From: Camelus ferus | Taxonomy: Eukaryota | Assembly (NCBI RefSeq): GCF_009834535.1 | Contig: NC_045696.1 | Location: 48,362,001-48,426,000 of the forward strand | Reading direction: 5' to 3' | Length of the DNA stretch: 64,000 nucleotides | Shown here: piece after piece, positions 38,370 through 51,084 of the stretch | Numbering within the stretch: position 1 is the first letter of the stretch | Layout: every line of letters starts with the position of its first letter | Made by a program: the position numbers and the translations under genes | Notes under the pieces: model-generated | Seen by the model: the letters and a program-made list of their open reading frames with translations, nothing else | Database searches by the model: none | Told to the model about the DNA's origin: nothing

Positions 38370-41230
38370 TAGGGTTATTGGGGTTATAGTGAATGGTGCC
38401 AGTGCCATTTTAAAACCTTGATTCCTGGACATGTGAATCCTGGCTATGGGAAAAAGAGCATCATATATTGGCTGCCGATTCAGACATTATGCAGTCTGGA
38501 GAAACGTGTCCCAACCTTGCAAGGCATTGCTACCTAGCTGGTACTGAGTCTTCAAAAGGCTATTCTGTCATTCTGTCAAACCAACTGCTTCAGGATGGTG
38601 GGGAACAGTGTAAGACTAGTGAATTCCATGAGCATATGCCCATTACACTCATTTAATTTGATGTGAAGTGAGTTCCTTGATCAGAAACAATGCTATGTAC
38701 AATAGCATGATGGGTGGATAAGGTGCCTGTAATTTCACAGATGATGTTTTGGCAGAAGTATTAAATGCAGAGAAGTCCAGTGCATGTCCAGAGTAAGTGT
38801 CTACTCCAGTCAGAGCAAAACACTGCCCTTTCCATGATGGAAGTTGTTCAATATAATCAACCTGCCACTAGGTAGTTAGCCAGTCAACCCAGGGAATGGT
38901 ACCATATTGATGACTAGTAAAATGTCTGCTGCCGGCTGAGTAGGCACTTAGCAGTAGCCATAGCCAAATAGGTTTTGGTGAGTGAAAGTCCATGTTCCTG
39001 AGCTCATGCATAACCTCCATCTCCGCCACTATGGTCATTTTGTTAAGGAGCCCGTTGGGCAATGACAAGGTTGGCTGGAGAAAGAGGATGATGAGTATAC
39101 ATAGAGCAGGTTATCCTATCCACTTGATAATTAAAATTGTCTTCTACTGAGGTTGCCTTTTGGTTAGCATTCACATCAGATACAAAAATCTTCATGTTTT
39201 TTACTCATTCATGATACTTCTCCAAATTTTTTTATCATCAGTTTTCCAATCATGTTCCATTCAGTTCTGTTACCATCCAGCCAGACCACTGGCCACAGCC
39301 TATGAATCAGTTTGTAATTGCACATCGGGCTGTTTCTCCTTTCAAGCAAAGTGAACAACCAGGTGCACAACTTGAAATTCTGCCCACTGGGAGAATTTCC
39401 TTCCACCATTGTCCTTCAGGTATCCCAGAAAGGGGCTGTGTAGTATACAGCTGTCCTTCTCCTGGTGGCACATACATATTGTGCGGAACCACCTATAAAC
39501 CAGGCCCGAGTCTTCTCTTCCCTGGTCAGGTGATCAGGGAACTCCTATGATGCCATAGGTGCAGACTGGGAGCGAGAACCCAGTATATCAGTGTAGCAGG
39601 AGTGGGGACCATGGGCATTTAGGCTACTTTTCCATGTAAATTCCGTGAGCCTTTGGGGCCTACCCAGGCCGCATCACTTATATCCCACTTCCATTTGATG
39701 CTGGCATGCTACTGTGCAATCCACCATTTTGGCTTGGAAAGTCATATCATACTTAGCTCATGATGGGCACCTCAAATCACATGGTAAGTTAGTGGTCCAT
39801 GGCTAATCATTCAGTTTTTACTGGGGCCCAACAGGAAGACAATAGCTACTTCTCAAGAGGAGAGTAGTCATCCACAGAGAATGGCAGGGCTTTTCTCCAA
39901 AAGCCAAGGGTCTACACTGTGGTTCACCTATAGAGACCTGCCAAAGGCACTGAAGAGTATCCTGGTGTGCCACTGCCACTTCAGACACCACTGGATCAGC
40001 TGGAACATATAACCAGGTGGCAGAGCAGTTTGTACAGAAACCTGGACCTGTTTCAGAGTCTTCTCTTGTTCTTGACCCCACTTAAGGCTAGCAGCTTTTT
40101 GGATCATTTGGTAAATGGACCAATGTAGCACACCCTAGTGACAAATACGTTGCCTCCAAAATCCAAAGAGGCCTACTGGGTATTGTGTCTCTTTTTTTGG
40201 AGAAAGGGCCAGATGCAACAACTTGCCCTTCACCTTAGAAAGGATATCTCACATTGTTACATACTGGACACTAGAAATTTGGTAGAAGGTAGAAGTTTCC
40301 CTAAATTTTTGTTGTATTTATTTTCCACCTTCTGACACACAAATGTCTTACCAGTAAGTATAGAGTAGTTTCTAATTCTTGCTCATTATTTCCAATCAGC
40401 ATAATTAATAGAATGGACCAGTGTAATATCTTGTGGAAGAGAAAGGTGATCAAGATCCCTGAAAGCTAAATTATGACATAGGGCTGGAGAGTTTATACAT
40501 CCCTGAGGTAAGATAGTGAGTGTATTGTTTGCCTTGCCAGCTGAAATCAGACTGCTTTGGATGGGCCTCATTGGCAAGGATTGGGGAAAAGGCATTTGCC
40601 AGACCAATAGCTGCATACCACGTACCAGGGATTTACGTTTGAAACAGTAGCTGAAATTTCTGCATTTGGAGTCAACACCAGATTATACTTACAATAATAC
40701 ACTGTCATTCACCAAGATCCATCTGTCTTGTACACGTGCCAAAGAGGAGAGTTGAACAGAGACATATGGGGATTCATCACCCTGCATCTTTCAAGTTCTT
40801 GATGTAGAACCTGAAATCCCTCCAGGAATGCAGCATCCCCTTTGGTTTACTATATTTCTAGGTAGTGGCAGTCCTAGTGGCTTCCACTTGGCTTTTCCAA
40901 CCATAACAACCCTCATTTCACAGATCTGGAAACCAGTGTGGGGATTTTGCCAGTTGCTAAGTGTGTCCATTCCATTCTCGAGCTGGGAAAATAACTACAG
41001 CTAGGTTTGGGGATCCACTGGGCCCACTGTGTGATGGACCTGAGCTAAAACTCCATTGATTATCTGCCCTGCATAAACCTCTACTCTGACTGGTGGATCA
41101 AAGTGACTGCATTATTTTGCATCTCCTGGAATTAGTGTCAGTTAAGAGCCAGTGTTCAGTAGTCCCCCAAATTTCTTATTATTTCCTTTTCCCAATGCAC
41201 AGTTACCCTGATAAAAAGCTGTACGTCCTG
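38370..41230 (-). pseudogene. pol: ERV-L pro-pol relic (protease, RT, RNase H, integrase)
   Basis: GLLNTGS*LTLIPG (protease, about 41165), KTDGSW*MTV and [14 protein letters not shown] (RT), TRAWFIGGSAQY (RNase H, about 39510), WQVDYIEQLPSWKGQ..GVDTYSG and SDQGTHFT (integrase). Multiple stops and frameshifts. Confidence 0.92.
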
Positions 41231-41299
41231 TGAGGGAAGGCTGGGAGAAAGATTAACAGTAAAACTTTTGGTAGTGTGCCTTCCTCTTGGGGACCCAGC

Positions 41300-42960
41300 C
41301 TTTCCTTCCTTCAAGGGGCTCTGGGTCTGTAATGGCTCAAGATGGGGATTGATTGAGGGGATGTAACTCTCTGTTTTTATGATTCAGGTTAGACTGTTAT
41401 TCACTTAACCTAGAAATTTTCTGCTTATATAGATCAAGTAAGAATTTAAAAGGCTTTTTATTTATTTTACTTCTAGAAACACCATGATCAACTAGCCTGT
41501 GCCATAGGTCTGCTCACATCAGACTATTCTGGTTACTGCTTTGACTCTGACTCTGTGGTTCATTACAATAACATGCTCACCTTGTCACTTGGCCCTTGCC
41601 ACCCCAGGAACCAACTACTCCCATTATATTTAGGTTTCACAGTTCAGTAATTGCAGTTTCCACTATAAGGTCTGGCCTACAGAGAGGGTAGATAGCAGAG
41701 CTCTTCAAGGATGCTGGTGATCCTGTCCTAAATTTATTTCTCAAAATACTGGTGATAGAAATCTCTTCTGGATGCTCCCAGTGTGGGTAAGTCTTAAATG
41801 ACAAGTCAAAGCTGCCATTATAGATGACCTAATCCTTTGAATCCCTTCCTCTACATTAAACCAAGAAGTTTGTCATTTCTGGATCTCTCCCTTTGTGCCA
41901 CCTTTTGCACCATGGTTCATCCAGCCAACCAAAGGAACTGACTGTTAGCACTTTTAATTCCTTCAACTGCAACACTAATGCAAAATCTCTGTTTAGTAGC
42001 CAGTATCAATAGATTCAGCCTCATCCAACTTTTGTATTCATTCCTTCAACCATTTTCCCACATTCTTACTGTACACTTCCATCCGTGTTCTCTGGAGTCT
42101 GTATAGATTAGAATACTCAAACAGTTCTTTTGGCGTGTGGTACACCTCCTCATAGGTCACACTGTGTACCTCACCATTAGGGGCCTACAAAGAATTGAGT
42201 CTAATTTTAGTACCAGAAGCAAAGAGGGGATGTGTCCTGAGGAAAATTAGCATTGTCCTGCATGGCAGTTGCCTCAAAGGAGATGTTTACAGTTTTCTTA
42301 GGCAATGCGGGGTTAATCCCCTCAGATTGGAGATGTGTGTGGAGAGGCCACCTTCATTGTAGGTGGAGAAGTCACTTCTTCTGGGGGTGGGGAGACTTCT
42401 TTTGATAAAGAAGAGTCAACAGAATTTTGGGGTTCATTGTCCCCTTTCCAACTTAGAGGATCCCACTCTTTCCCAACCAGTGCCCTCTCTATAATAGTAG
42501 ACACCCTGCGAACCTGGAAGTTCTACGTGTGTTACAACTCAGCCTGTAGCAAGATGAGCATCTGCCTTTGATTTTCAGCCATCTCAGCTCTGTGGCTAAA
42601 GGAGTTAAAGAGATCTCTCAGGGCACCCATAGAAGCTTGTAGATTATTCATGTAGTACTTGAGATGGGAATTTGATTCCCTGTGCTCATCCTTTTCTTTT
42701 CCCGCTTTGTCTGGCAATAGTGAGAACAAACAGCCAATCTCAATATATCTATACTAGTTTCCCCAAAATATGTGCAAGTATCATATACATAGTTACCCAG
42801 ATCCTTGCTTCTCATAAGTGGTTAATTAGCAGTATTCAGTGGTGATATTTTGCCTATTTTTATTGCCAGATCATGCCAGGGACTCTCAGTGCTGTTTTTA
42901 CTACTGAAGATCATTAGCATCTTTAAGTCTCATCATATAAGAGTGACAATTCAAGAAACC
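41300..42960 (-). pseudogene. gag: ERV-L gag relic
   Basis: Track peptides RALVGKEWDPLSWKGD and SHRAEMAENQRQMLILLQAEL match ERV-L gag. Located between the PBS and protease. Confidence 0.85.
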
Positions 42961-43003
42961 CTCAAGCCAATTCGTAAAACTCACACTTAAAATTCTGTTC
43001 CTC

Positions 43004-43028
43004 TATAACCACTCTCAGTACTAAAATC
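43004..43028 (-). promoter_or_regulatory. Decayed primer-binding site (tRNA-Leu type)
   Basis: Minus strand 'gattttagtactgagagtggtt' immediately follows the 5' LTR, as in the ERV-L 'gattttggtacc..gagtgg'. Confidence 0.7.
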
Positions 43029-43589
43029 TGTAGTATTCAGGGTTCTTCAGAGAAACAAAACCAAGAGGATGTTTTTCTATCTGTCACCCATCATCTATCT
43101 GTCTAGAGGTTTACTGTAAGAAATTGGCTTTCACAATTATAGAGACTAAGTAGAGTCTCAAGATCTGCAGTTGGCAAGCTGAGAATCCAGGAGAGTCAGT
43201 GGTGTGTTCCCGTCTGAGCCTGACCGCCTGAGAAGGCAGTGAGACAATGGTATAAATTCCAGTCCACATATGAGTCAGAACTAGGAGAGCCAGGGGTGTA
43301 AGGTTCCAGTCTGAGTTAAGAGTGTGAAAACAGGAAAAGATTGATGTCCCAACTCAAAGACAGGCAGAGAGAGCAGATTCTTCCTTATACAGTTGTTCTA
43401 TCCAGGCCTTCAATGGATTGGATGAGGCACACCCTCATTGGGGAGGGCCATCTGCTTTACTCAGTCTACTGATTCCAGAGTTAATCTCAGCCAGAAACAT
43501 CCTCACAGACCCACTCAAAATGTTTCTGTAATCAAGTATCTGGTCACCTTGTGGCCCAACCAAGCTGATACATAAAATCAATGATCTCA
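43029..43589 (-). repeat. 5' LTR (MLT2) of the provirus
   Basis: Runs from 'tgtagtattcagggttcttcagagaaac' to 'cataaaatcaatgatctca' and is homologous to 37153-37660. Confidence 0.9.
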
Positions 43590-45159
43590 GCATTAAACTG
43601 TATTGACGGATAATTTATGCAGTTCACACACATGATGAGAAAACCATACCTGTTCCAGTATACCTATCTCGACTGAATGTTTGATGCCCATTTTGTGTGT
43701 TGTCTCTTTGATGTGTGTGAGTGTGTGTGTGTGTTTCTCCTGCACTGCACTGCTGGATGCCACACAAGTCCTATCTATGTGGTTATATATGCATTCCCCA
43801 TGTTATCTGCCTGATATATCACTGATTCAAGACTGTATGACTGACTGAAGATAGAAGAAACTAAGTAGACTTATATTATAGCCAGCAAGGAACAGCAACA
43901 AATTAAAAATTAGTAATAGACATTCCTGAACATCAAGTCTCTCACTGTTCACACCTCTAGAGGAACTGATGGAAAGTTCTAGACCCTTCTAATGCCCTTC
44001 CTCAACACCATCTCCTTTCTCTTCTTTCTTTATCTTTCTAACTGTTCTTTTTTATTTTTTTTTTCTTTTGCATTTTAAGTATCTCTGATGCCTAGCCAAT
44101 CCCAATCATGATTTGAAGGTTATTCCTCCATAAGGTGTTATGCCTATCAAAATAGTCTGCTTTTAAAAAAGGAATTCTCATGGAAAAAAAAGAAGAAGAG
44201 AAGAAAGGAATTTTGTTGCCAATATTAGTTTAAACTATTTTTTTTCTCTAAGCCATTCTGGTCTATATTTTCCACATAAACATAAGCTATTTCAGTCCTG
44301 GATCCATATCCTATTTTGCCATTGTTTCATAAGCAGCTTTCCTAGTGTCTGGTCTGAATATAAAAATCTGAAAGACTTTAATACTAAGGCAATGCTACTA
44401 AGCAAAATACCTCATATATACAAACATAGTGTGTTATTTCTTACATTTGTTTGGATTTTTCTTTGTAACACAACTTAGACCACTTGGCGTTTTCAGGCAG
44501 TTGTCTCAGGGAGTCACCTTGAGGGTTAACTGAGAACCGTTACCAAGCTCTGATAGCACAGAAGAGTGGCGCATATCTAAGCATGCTCCTTACTGGTTAG
44601 CCCTAGACTAAGGCTGCGTGAACTTAAGTATTTATTTACTCCATTAAGAGTATCAGTGCCTGCTCACGGCTGAGTACTCTGCAGCCAGTGCTGACTTCCA
44701 TGACCTATTTCCTGTAGCTGTAATTTCTTCCTGCCTTTGCAATCAGTGGCTTATCTACCTACCAAGCTCAGTGAACCCCCTCTAGCCCAATAACAGGCTC
44801 ATCAAAAATGTAAACAGCTACTTATAATTAAACACATGGACAGAGTGTTTGAGTTGGAAATATGTGTTCTTACATTTGATCCAAAAGAGTTCTTAGACTA
44901 TCACTTAAAATTTGAATATCTCAACCATTTCATATAATGGCTTATTTTCCTATTATCTCAGAATGATATAAACTTTTATAATAGTTAGAATTTTAGTTTT
45001 TCATTAACTTATGTTTTATATTACATTTTTATATTATATATGATTTTTCATATATTTATTCATTTTATTATGTTTTTATGAATTCTGCACGTTTAAAGCA
45101 AAAAACTTTCTTAATATTTTCAAATGTCCCTTTATTTTAATTTTTGGGCTATAATTTAA

Positions 45160-46285
45160 TATTACTTAATGACAGCAACTTCTAAATATTTCCTGAAAAA
45201 GAAAATCCTGAAATGCATTTGCAAGCTGCAGTATGGAGTGATTAGTACAATGAAACTTTGCGTAATTTGGACATTACGATGATCCCTCTCCAACCAGGAG
45301 GAATCTCTCAGTGTTTCTGGGGAGCAATGACTTTTATGATAAAGACATTTCTTTAAAAAGTGATCCCAATAGTCTTTTGTCAAGCAAACCAATAATGTCT
45401 CAGAAATTTGGTCATTTCACCAAAGTTTAGAAATTTATTTAGTGTTTATTTTTATTTATGTTTTTATGTAGTACTGCACAAAAACCTGTTGCAGTGAAAA
45501 AAGTTAAGGTTTTAAAAATAAGTGGAATCCAATTAGTTGAAACACCAGCATTAAACTTTCTGGCTATAAGAATTTGTATAAAAGTTATACATCTCCATGC
45601 ATAAATTTTCTCATTTATAAAGTTAGAATACATCACCTTGTTGTTTTAAAGGTTTGGAAATAGTATGTGCAAAACATTTAGCAAGTGTCCAGGACTGAGT
45701 ATATTATTACTTTCTCTTCAAAACAAAACTACTTTATTTTTTTCTTCTATAGCATGTTCTTTTGCCTGTGATGGCATCCAGTAACTGTCTGGTTTAACCA
45801 TAGCTCTGAGATTTGCAGTTCTGAGAGCTGTATGTATAACACTGGCTGTGCAGCCCTCACAGCAGTTGTCTTGCAGAATTATAACACAGACGCTACTTTG
45901 AATACCAAAAGACCTTTTTATTCCAGCAACCATACTGCCTTTTATTCCAGCAACCATAGCCCTATCAGCTGAAACTAATTCAAGTAGTATTTCTTCTCTT
46001 GCACTTATTTCTTTTATCCATCAGGAACGATCTTACTGGAGGCTAAATTGACCTTTAATGTCCTCAAGGTCAAATTTGATATCTTATGTCTGACCTACAA
46101 TGTCAAGATGAAGTGCTTCATGAAACACTTTAAATTCTGAATGAGGGTTCCTAATTTGGTATCCTTGGGCATCTCTTCAATATCTACAGAAGAATATTTT
46201 AAATAGTATTGGAAAATAGTGTGCTTAAGGAAACAGAATTTCTTTGCTGAATTTCTTTCCTTCACTGGTTGGATCAGTGACCATT
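45160..46285 (-). pseudogene. Probable ancient hAT (Charlie/Buster-like) transposase relic
   Basis: Colinear decayed motifs: LFSNTI..DIEEMPKD..LIQNLK..KHFILTL*..ISNL, then LVSADRAMVAGIKG, then NLCMEMYNFYTN. These resemble Charlie PLSNNTI..IEEM..FSLQLDESTDIS, TDGA..M.G and LCEEM..Y..LL. Confidence 0.55.
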
Positions 46286-46309
46286 CTTTGCTCAATTTAC
46301 TTTATTTCA

Positions 46310-47110
46310 TTTTTAATTAAAATTTTATTTAAGTATAATTTCCATACAACGGAGGCACCCATTTAAAACATACAGTTTGGTGAGTTTTTACAGCTGTATA
46401 AGCCCTTACAACCAACACCACAATCGAGATAGAGACTATCTCCATCATTCAAGAGTTTTAATAAAACATCTCTAAGAGTTTCCTCATACTTCTTTTTTTT
46501 TTTTTAAATTGAGTTAAAGTCAGTTAACAATGTTGTGTCAATTTCTGGTTCCTCATACTTCTTTGCAGAGCTTCCCTTTCTCCTCTCTTCCTCTGTCCCA
46601 GGAACACTGATCTGCTTTCTGTCATAGATTAGGCTGCATTTTCTAGAATTTTATGTAAATTAAATCAGAGTATATACTATTGCATCTATCTTCTTTGATT
46701 CAGCAGAATATTTTTGAGATCCATGTTGTGTTATCAGTAGTTCATGTCCTTTTATTGCTGGGTAGTATTTCACTGAGTATGAAGGCAATAACTGAATATT
46801 AGGGGCATACAACAATTTGTGTATCAGTTCACCTGTTGATGGATATTTGAGTAGTTTCCAGATTTTGGCTTTGTGAAATAACTTACTGTGAACATCTGTG
46901 TACAAGTCTTCATATGGATGCATGATTTGGGATAAATACTTAGGAATATAGTTGCTGGCTTATATGGTAAGTACATGTTTAACTCAGAAACCACTAGTAA
47001 CTTTAGCTATTCTAGTAATGTACAGTAATATTTCATTGTGCATGTATGTTTTCCTCTATATAATTGTTTGTTTTTATTTTTGAGGTATAATTTGCATACA
47101 CTACACTTCA
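46310..47110 (-). mobile_element. L1MB/MC-like 3' region
   Basis: 'atttaaaacatacagtttggtgagtttttacagctgtata' and 'ttcacctgttgatggatatttgagtagtttccagattttggct'. Confidence 0.85.
46496..46548 (-). mobile_element. Tiny young L1 3'-end insertion with 16-bp TSD
   Basis: Poly-T plus 'aattgagttaaagtcagttaacaatgttgtgtcaatttctgg', flanked by ttcctcatacttcttt at 46480-46495 and 46549-46564. Confidence 0.9.
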
Positions 47111-47327
47111 TCTTTTAATTTAGCATACAGTTTTTTTTAAAAAAAGAGGTAACATTTTTAATAATCAATAAAGTGAATTAGATATCCAGAGTTTTAACTC
47201 TTGATGCATCTCATATAACATTGATTATTTTGCTATCAAACTGTATGATTCAACATCATAATTTAGTTTGTTTTTGGTTATATGATGGATAAAAAAGTTT
47301 CATTTGCCCTCTTAATGGTTCATTATT

Positions 47328-49720
47328 TTTAAAGCACTTTATTGAAATATGAATGACATACAAAAGAGCCATACATATTTAATATATCAAACTCGATGAA
47401 TTTGGAGATAAGCGTATATCCATGAAACAAACCATCACCACAATCTATGCCATAAACATACCCATTATCTCCAAAAGTTTTCTTCCACTCTTTTATTATT
47501 ACTGTTATTAATTTTCCTAAAAAGAACACTTAACATAAGATCTACACTCTTTGCAATTTTTAAGTGTATAATGCAGAATTGTTAACTGTAGACTCAATGC
47601 TCTCCAATAGACTTATAAGACCTATTTACCTTGTATAACTGAAACATTGTGCTCTTTTACTAATACCTCTCCATTTTTTCCCTATCCTCTGCCCCCGGCA
47701 ACTACCATTCTACTCTCTGCTTCTATGAATTTGACTATTGTAGAATCCTCATGTAAGTGATACCATGTAGTGTTTGTCAGTATTGCTTATGTCTTTTACC
47801 ATAATGTCCTTCAGGTTTATCCATGTTGTCACGTATTCGCAGGATTTCCTTCTTTTTTAGTAATATTCTCTTGGTTGTAAACAACACATTTTCTTTATCC
47901 ATTTGTCTGTCATTGGACTTTTAGATTGCTTCCTCCATGTCTTGGCTATTGTGAATAATGCTGCAATGAACATGGTTTTACAGATATCTTTTTGAGATCC
48001 TAATTTCAATTCCTATGGGAATTGAATACGTGAAAGTGGGATTTTTGGATTATACAGTAATTCTATTTTTAATTTTTAAAGGAAACTTCTTCGTACAGTT
48101 TTCCATAGCAGCAGCACCAGTTTACATTCCTATGAAGGTATGTATAAGGGGTCCCTTTTCTCCACATCCTCATCAGCATTTATTATGTTTTTAAAAAATT
48201 TTAGTAGTAGTCATCCTGATAAGTGTGAGGTGTAGCTCACTGTAGTTATTTGATTTGCATTTCCCTGGTGATTAGTATTGTTGAGGACCTTTTCATAACA
48301 CCCGTTGGCTGTTTGTATGTCTTCTTTGGAGAAATGTTTATTCAAGTCATTTGCCCAATTTTAATTAAATTATTTGGTTTTTGCTATTGAGTTATAGGAG
48401 TTCTTTATATATTTGGAATATTCACCCCTTATCATATATATGGTTTGCAGACATTTTCTCCTGTAGGTTTCTTTTTCATTTTAATTGATTTTTTCTTTAT
48501 AATGCAGAATCTTTTTAGTTTAGTGTAATCCCACTTGTCTAGTTTTGCTTTTGTTGCCTATGCTTTTGGTGTCATGTCCAAGAAGTCATGATCAAGCCCA
48601 ATGTCAAGAAGCTTTCTCCTGTTTTCTTCTAGAAGTTTTATGGTTTCAGGTCTGATATTTAAGTCTTTATTTTAGGTGATTTTTGTATATGGTGCAAAAT
48701 AAGAGGCTGATTTCATTCTGTTGCATGTAGGTATTTAGTTTTTCCAACACCATTTATTGAAGGTGTTTATCCTTCCCACTGTGTATTCTTAGCATCCTGA
48801 AAATCAGTTGACTGTGTATGCATGGTTTATTTCTGGGCTCTCTGTTCTGTTCTACGGTTTATATGTCTGTTTTTATGCTAGTCATATACCGTTTTGATAC
48901 TGTAGCTTTGTAATATATTTATGTCATTGCTTTCCTGATTCTGTTTAGTGTCCATGTTCTCTTGTAACTCACTGAGCTTCTTCAAGAAGTCTTTGTCAGG
49001 CAGTTAGTAGATCTCTGTTTCTTAAGGTTTTGTTATAGGAGCTTTATTTTATTCCTTTGGTGATGTCTTGTTTCCCTAACTCTGTGATTCTTGTGGCCTT
49101 GAATTAATGTCTGAGCATTTGAAGAAACAATCCACCTCTTCTAGTCTTTATAGACAGGCTTCAGCAAGGAAAGCCCTTCACCAGTCAGCCTGGCCAGAGA
49201 TTCTGAGGTCAGCTGGCATGGTGTGTGGGTGGTTTGGCTACTGGGATATAGATGTGGGCCGGCCCAGTGCCGGGGTCCCAGAATGGATGAGCCTCCTTCC
49301 TGAGCTGGGGGACACGGGCCAGCTATTGAAATCCTCACTCTGGTCATTGAGCACACCCATCCCTTTTCTTTGTTCTTAGCTAATTCCAAGTGACCTATAC
49401 ATGCTGATTCCCTCAGTGTCCTGGGTGAAGCTTTGACAGAGCAGGTCCCTGAAAGTCTGGGGAAGTCAGATGCTTATTTTACTCTCTCTTTCCCCATGGA
49501 GCTGTGCTGCGTTGGCTTAGGGGAGGAGTAAAGCAATACTGTTTTTCTTACCCTTTTCAATGTATCTTTCCTTATTTCTGTGCTCCTCCAGGGTACTGTA
49601 ACCTCATCTGGATTCTGGAGCTTTTATGAAGGTATTTTTGTCCTTGGATGTTTGTTAAATAGATGTTTCTATTGGGGAATAAGGGCTGGAACCTCCTATT
49701 CTGCTATCTTGCTGACATCA
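47328..49720 (-). mobile_element. L1 (L1MA/MB-like): 3' UTR and ORF2 end (47328-48920) fused to ORF1 start and 5' UTR (48921-49720)
   Basis: The 3' portion is typical L1. The minus-strand 5' start 'tgatgtcagcaagatagcagaataggaggttccagccc' carries a degenerate YY1 motif. Confidence 0.85.
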
Positions 49721-50484
49721 ATTTATTATATATTAATCAGAGATAACTATTTGATCAGCTGAAACACTTGTAATTAATATCAGTTTAAATATATTCAAGA
49801 GTTCAGTATTACAAGTAAAACTATGATGAAGAATCCTTTGGTAAATTAGCAGTCATTTATGCATAAGTAAAAATTTAATTTTCTGATATATAGATTTGTT
49901 TTTGAAATTAGATATTATTAAAGTGATCTTAAACCTGAATATCAGTTAACTCTACCCACTTCTAAATATTTGTTGTTTCTTGAAGCGTACCACATTTTTT
50001 TGCTGTCTACTCACATTCCTCTTTGAAAATAAACAACTGAAAACTTTGAGCTTACTTATGGGATAAAGAGTTAATTAACAATATAAATTTATATTTCTCT
50101 TTGATTGCATAAAATTCTTATTTTATCTGGTTTACATCAGGGGTAAAATTATTATGTTAATTGTTGACCTTTTCTCTTGATTGAGCCTGTATCTAATTAG
50201 AATTGAAGATATATTTCATGTTCATCTAACGTGGTATATATCTAGTCTAAATGTGCAAATGAATGTCTTGGAGAGATTTTCAACAAACAGCTCTTCATTG
50301 TGAGAGCAGTTGCTTTAACATTCTAATTCACTGTGAAATAAAACTGAAAATTTTGAGAAACAGACAAACAAACAAAAATTAATATTGGTCAAGTGTTCTG
50401 GCATACTTAATAAAAGGACTGAGTCATCTAATCGTTGGACATCCAATTCTAAGATCCTTTTGGACCAGACTGTGAGAATATAAA

Positions 50485-50990
50485 ATTGTCAGAGTTTAGG
50501 GAGGTAATCTTCCCAATATATTTAATATTGTAAAGGCCAAACTGTAAGCATTGTGTTTAGTTATGAGCATCACCCTTAAGAGGGAATATTCATAGGCTGG
50601 AGCTTATCTGGATTGTTGGAACCTCAGACAGTGTCACATAATTAACAACTGGAATAACTGGGGATATTTAACTTTGAAAAAAGCCAATCAGAAAACAAAC
50701 AAATGAACAAACTTGATAATGGTCTTCAAATATTTAAAGGACTTTTAAAGATCAACTAGGATTGATTTTTAAGGCTTTTCAGGGCATGGGAGGTAGGTGA
50801 AAAGTTTAAGACTATAAATCTCAATTTAACATTAAAAAAACTTTCTAATATTCAGAACAACTTTAAAAACTGTAATGCTTTGCTTTAATAAGAAGGGTAT
50901 TATCACTGGAAATGGTCAGGGAACCAATGACTAAACTGTCATTGAGTTGTGAGTTTATAGAGTAGATTAGAGGATCTAATGGACACTTGA
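50485..50990 (+). mobile_element. CR1/L3 LINE RT 3' fragment
   Basis: Translation REVIFPIYLIL*RPNCKHCV*L*ASPLRGNIHRLE resembles CR1 [23 protein letters not shown]..DKLE. Also 'gtcttcaaatatttaaagg'. Confidence 0.75.
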
Positions 50991-51084
50991 TTAACTCTGT
51001 AATTTAACTCTATAATTAACTCATCAATGTTCCCTTTAAATTTGATTATTTCTGAACATATGGTATAAAATGATTGTAAAAGCT

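Larger units (their letters stand above)
37153..43589 (-). mobile_element. Near-full-length ERV-L provirus (MLT2 LTR - internal - MLT2 LTR), about 6.4 kb
   Basis: Two co-oriented MLT2 LTRs flank about 5.4 kb of internal sequence with PBS, gag, pro, RT, RNase H, IN, dUTPase and PPT in canonical ERV-L order. No env. Confidence 0.95.

Noticed and set aside
38105..42960. Possible domesticated or intact ERV-L gene
   Set aside because: The longest ORFs are under 90 aa and catalytic residues are mutated.
43029..43589. DUX-family binding site in the MLT2 LTR
   Set aside because: Only 'ggattggatga' is present, which departs from the TGATTRRRTTA consensus.
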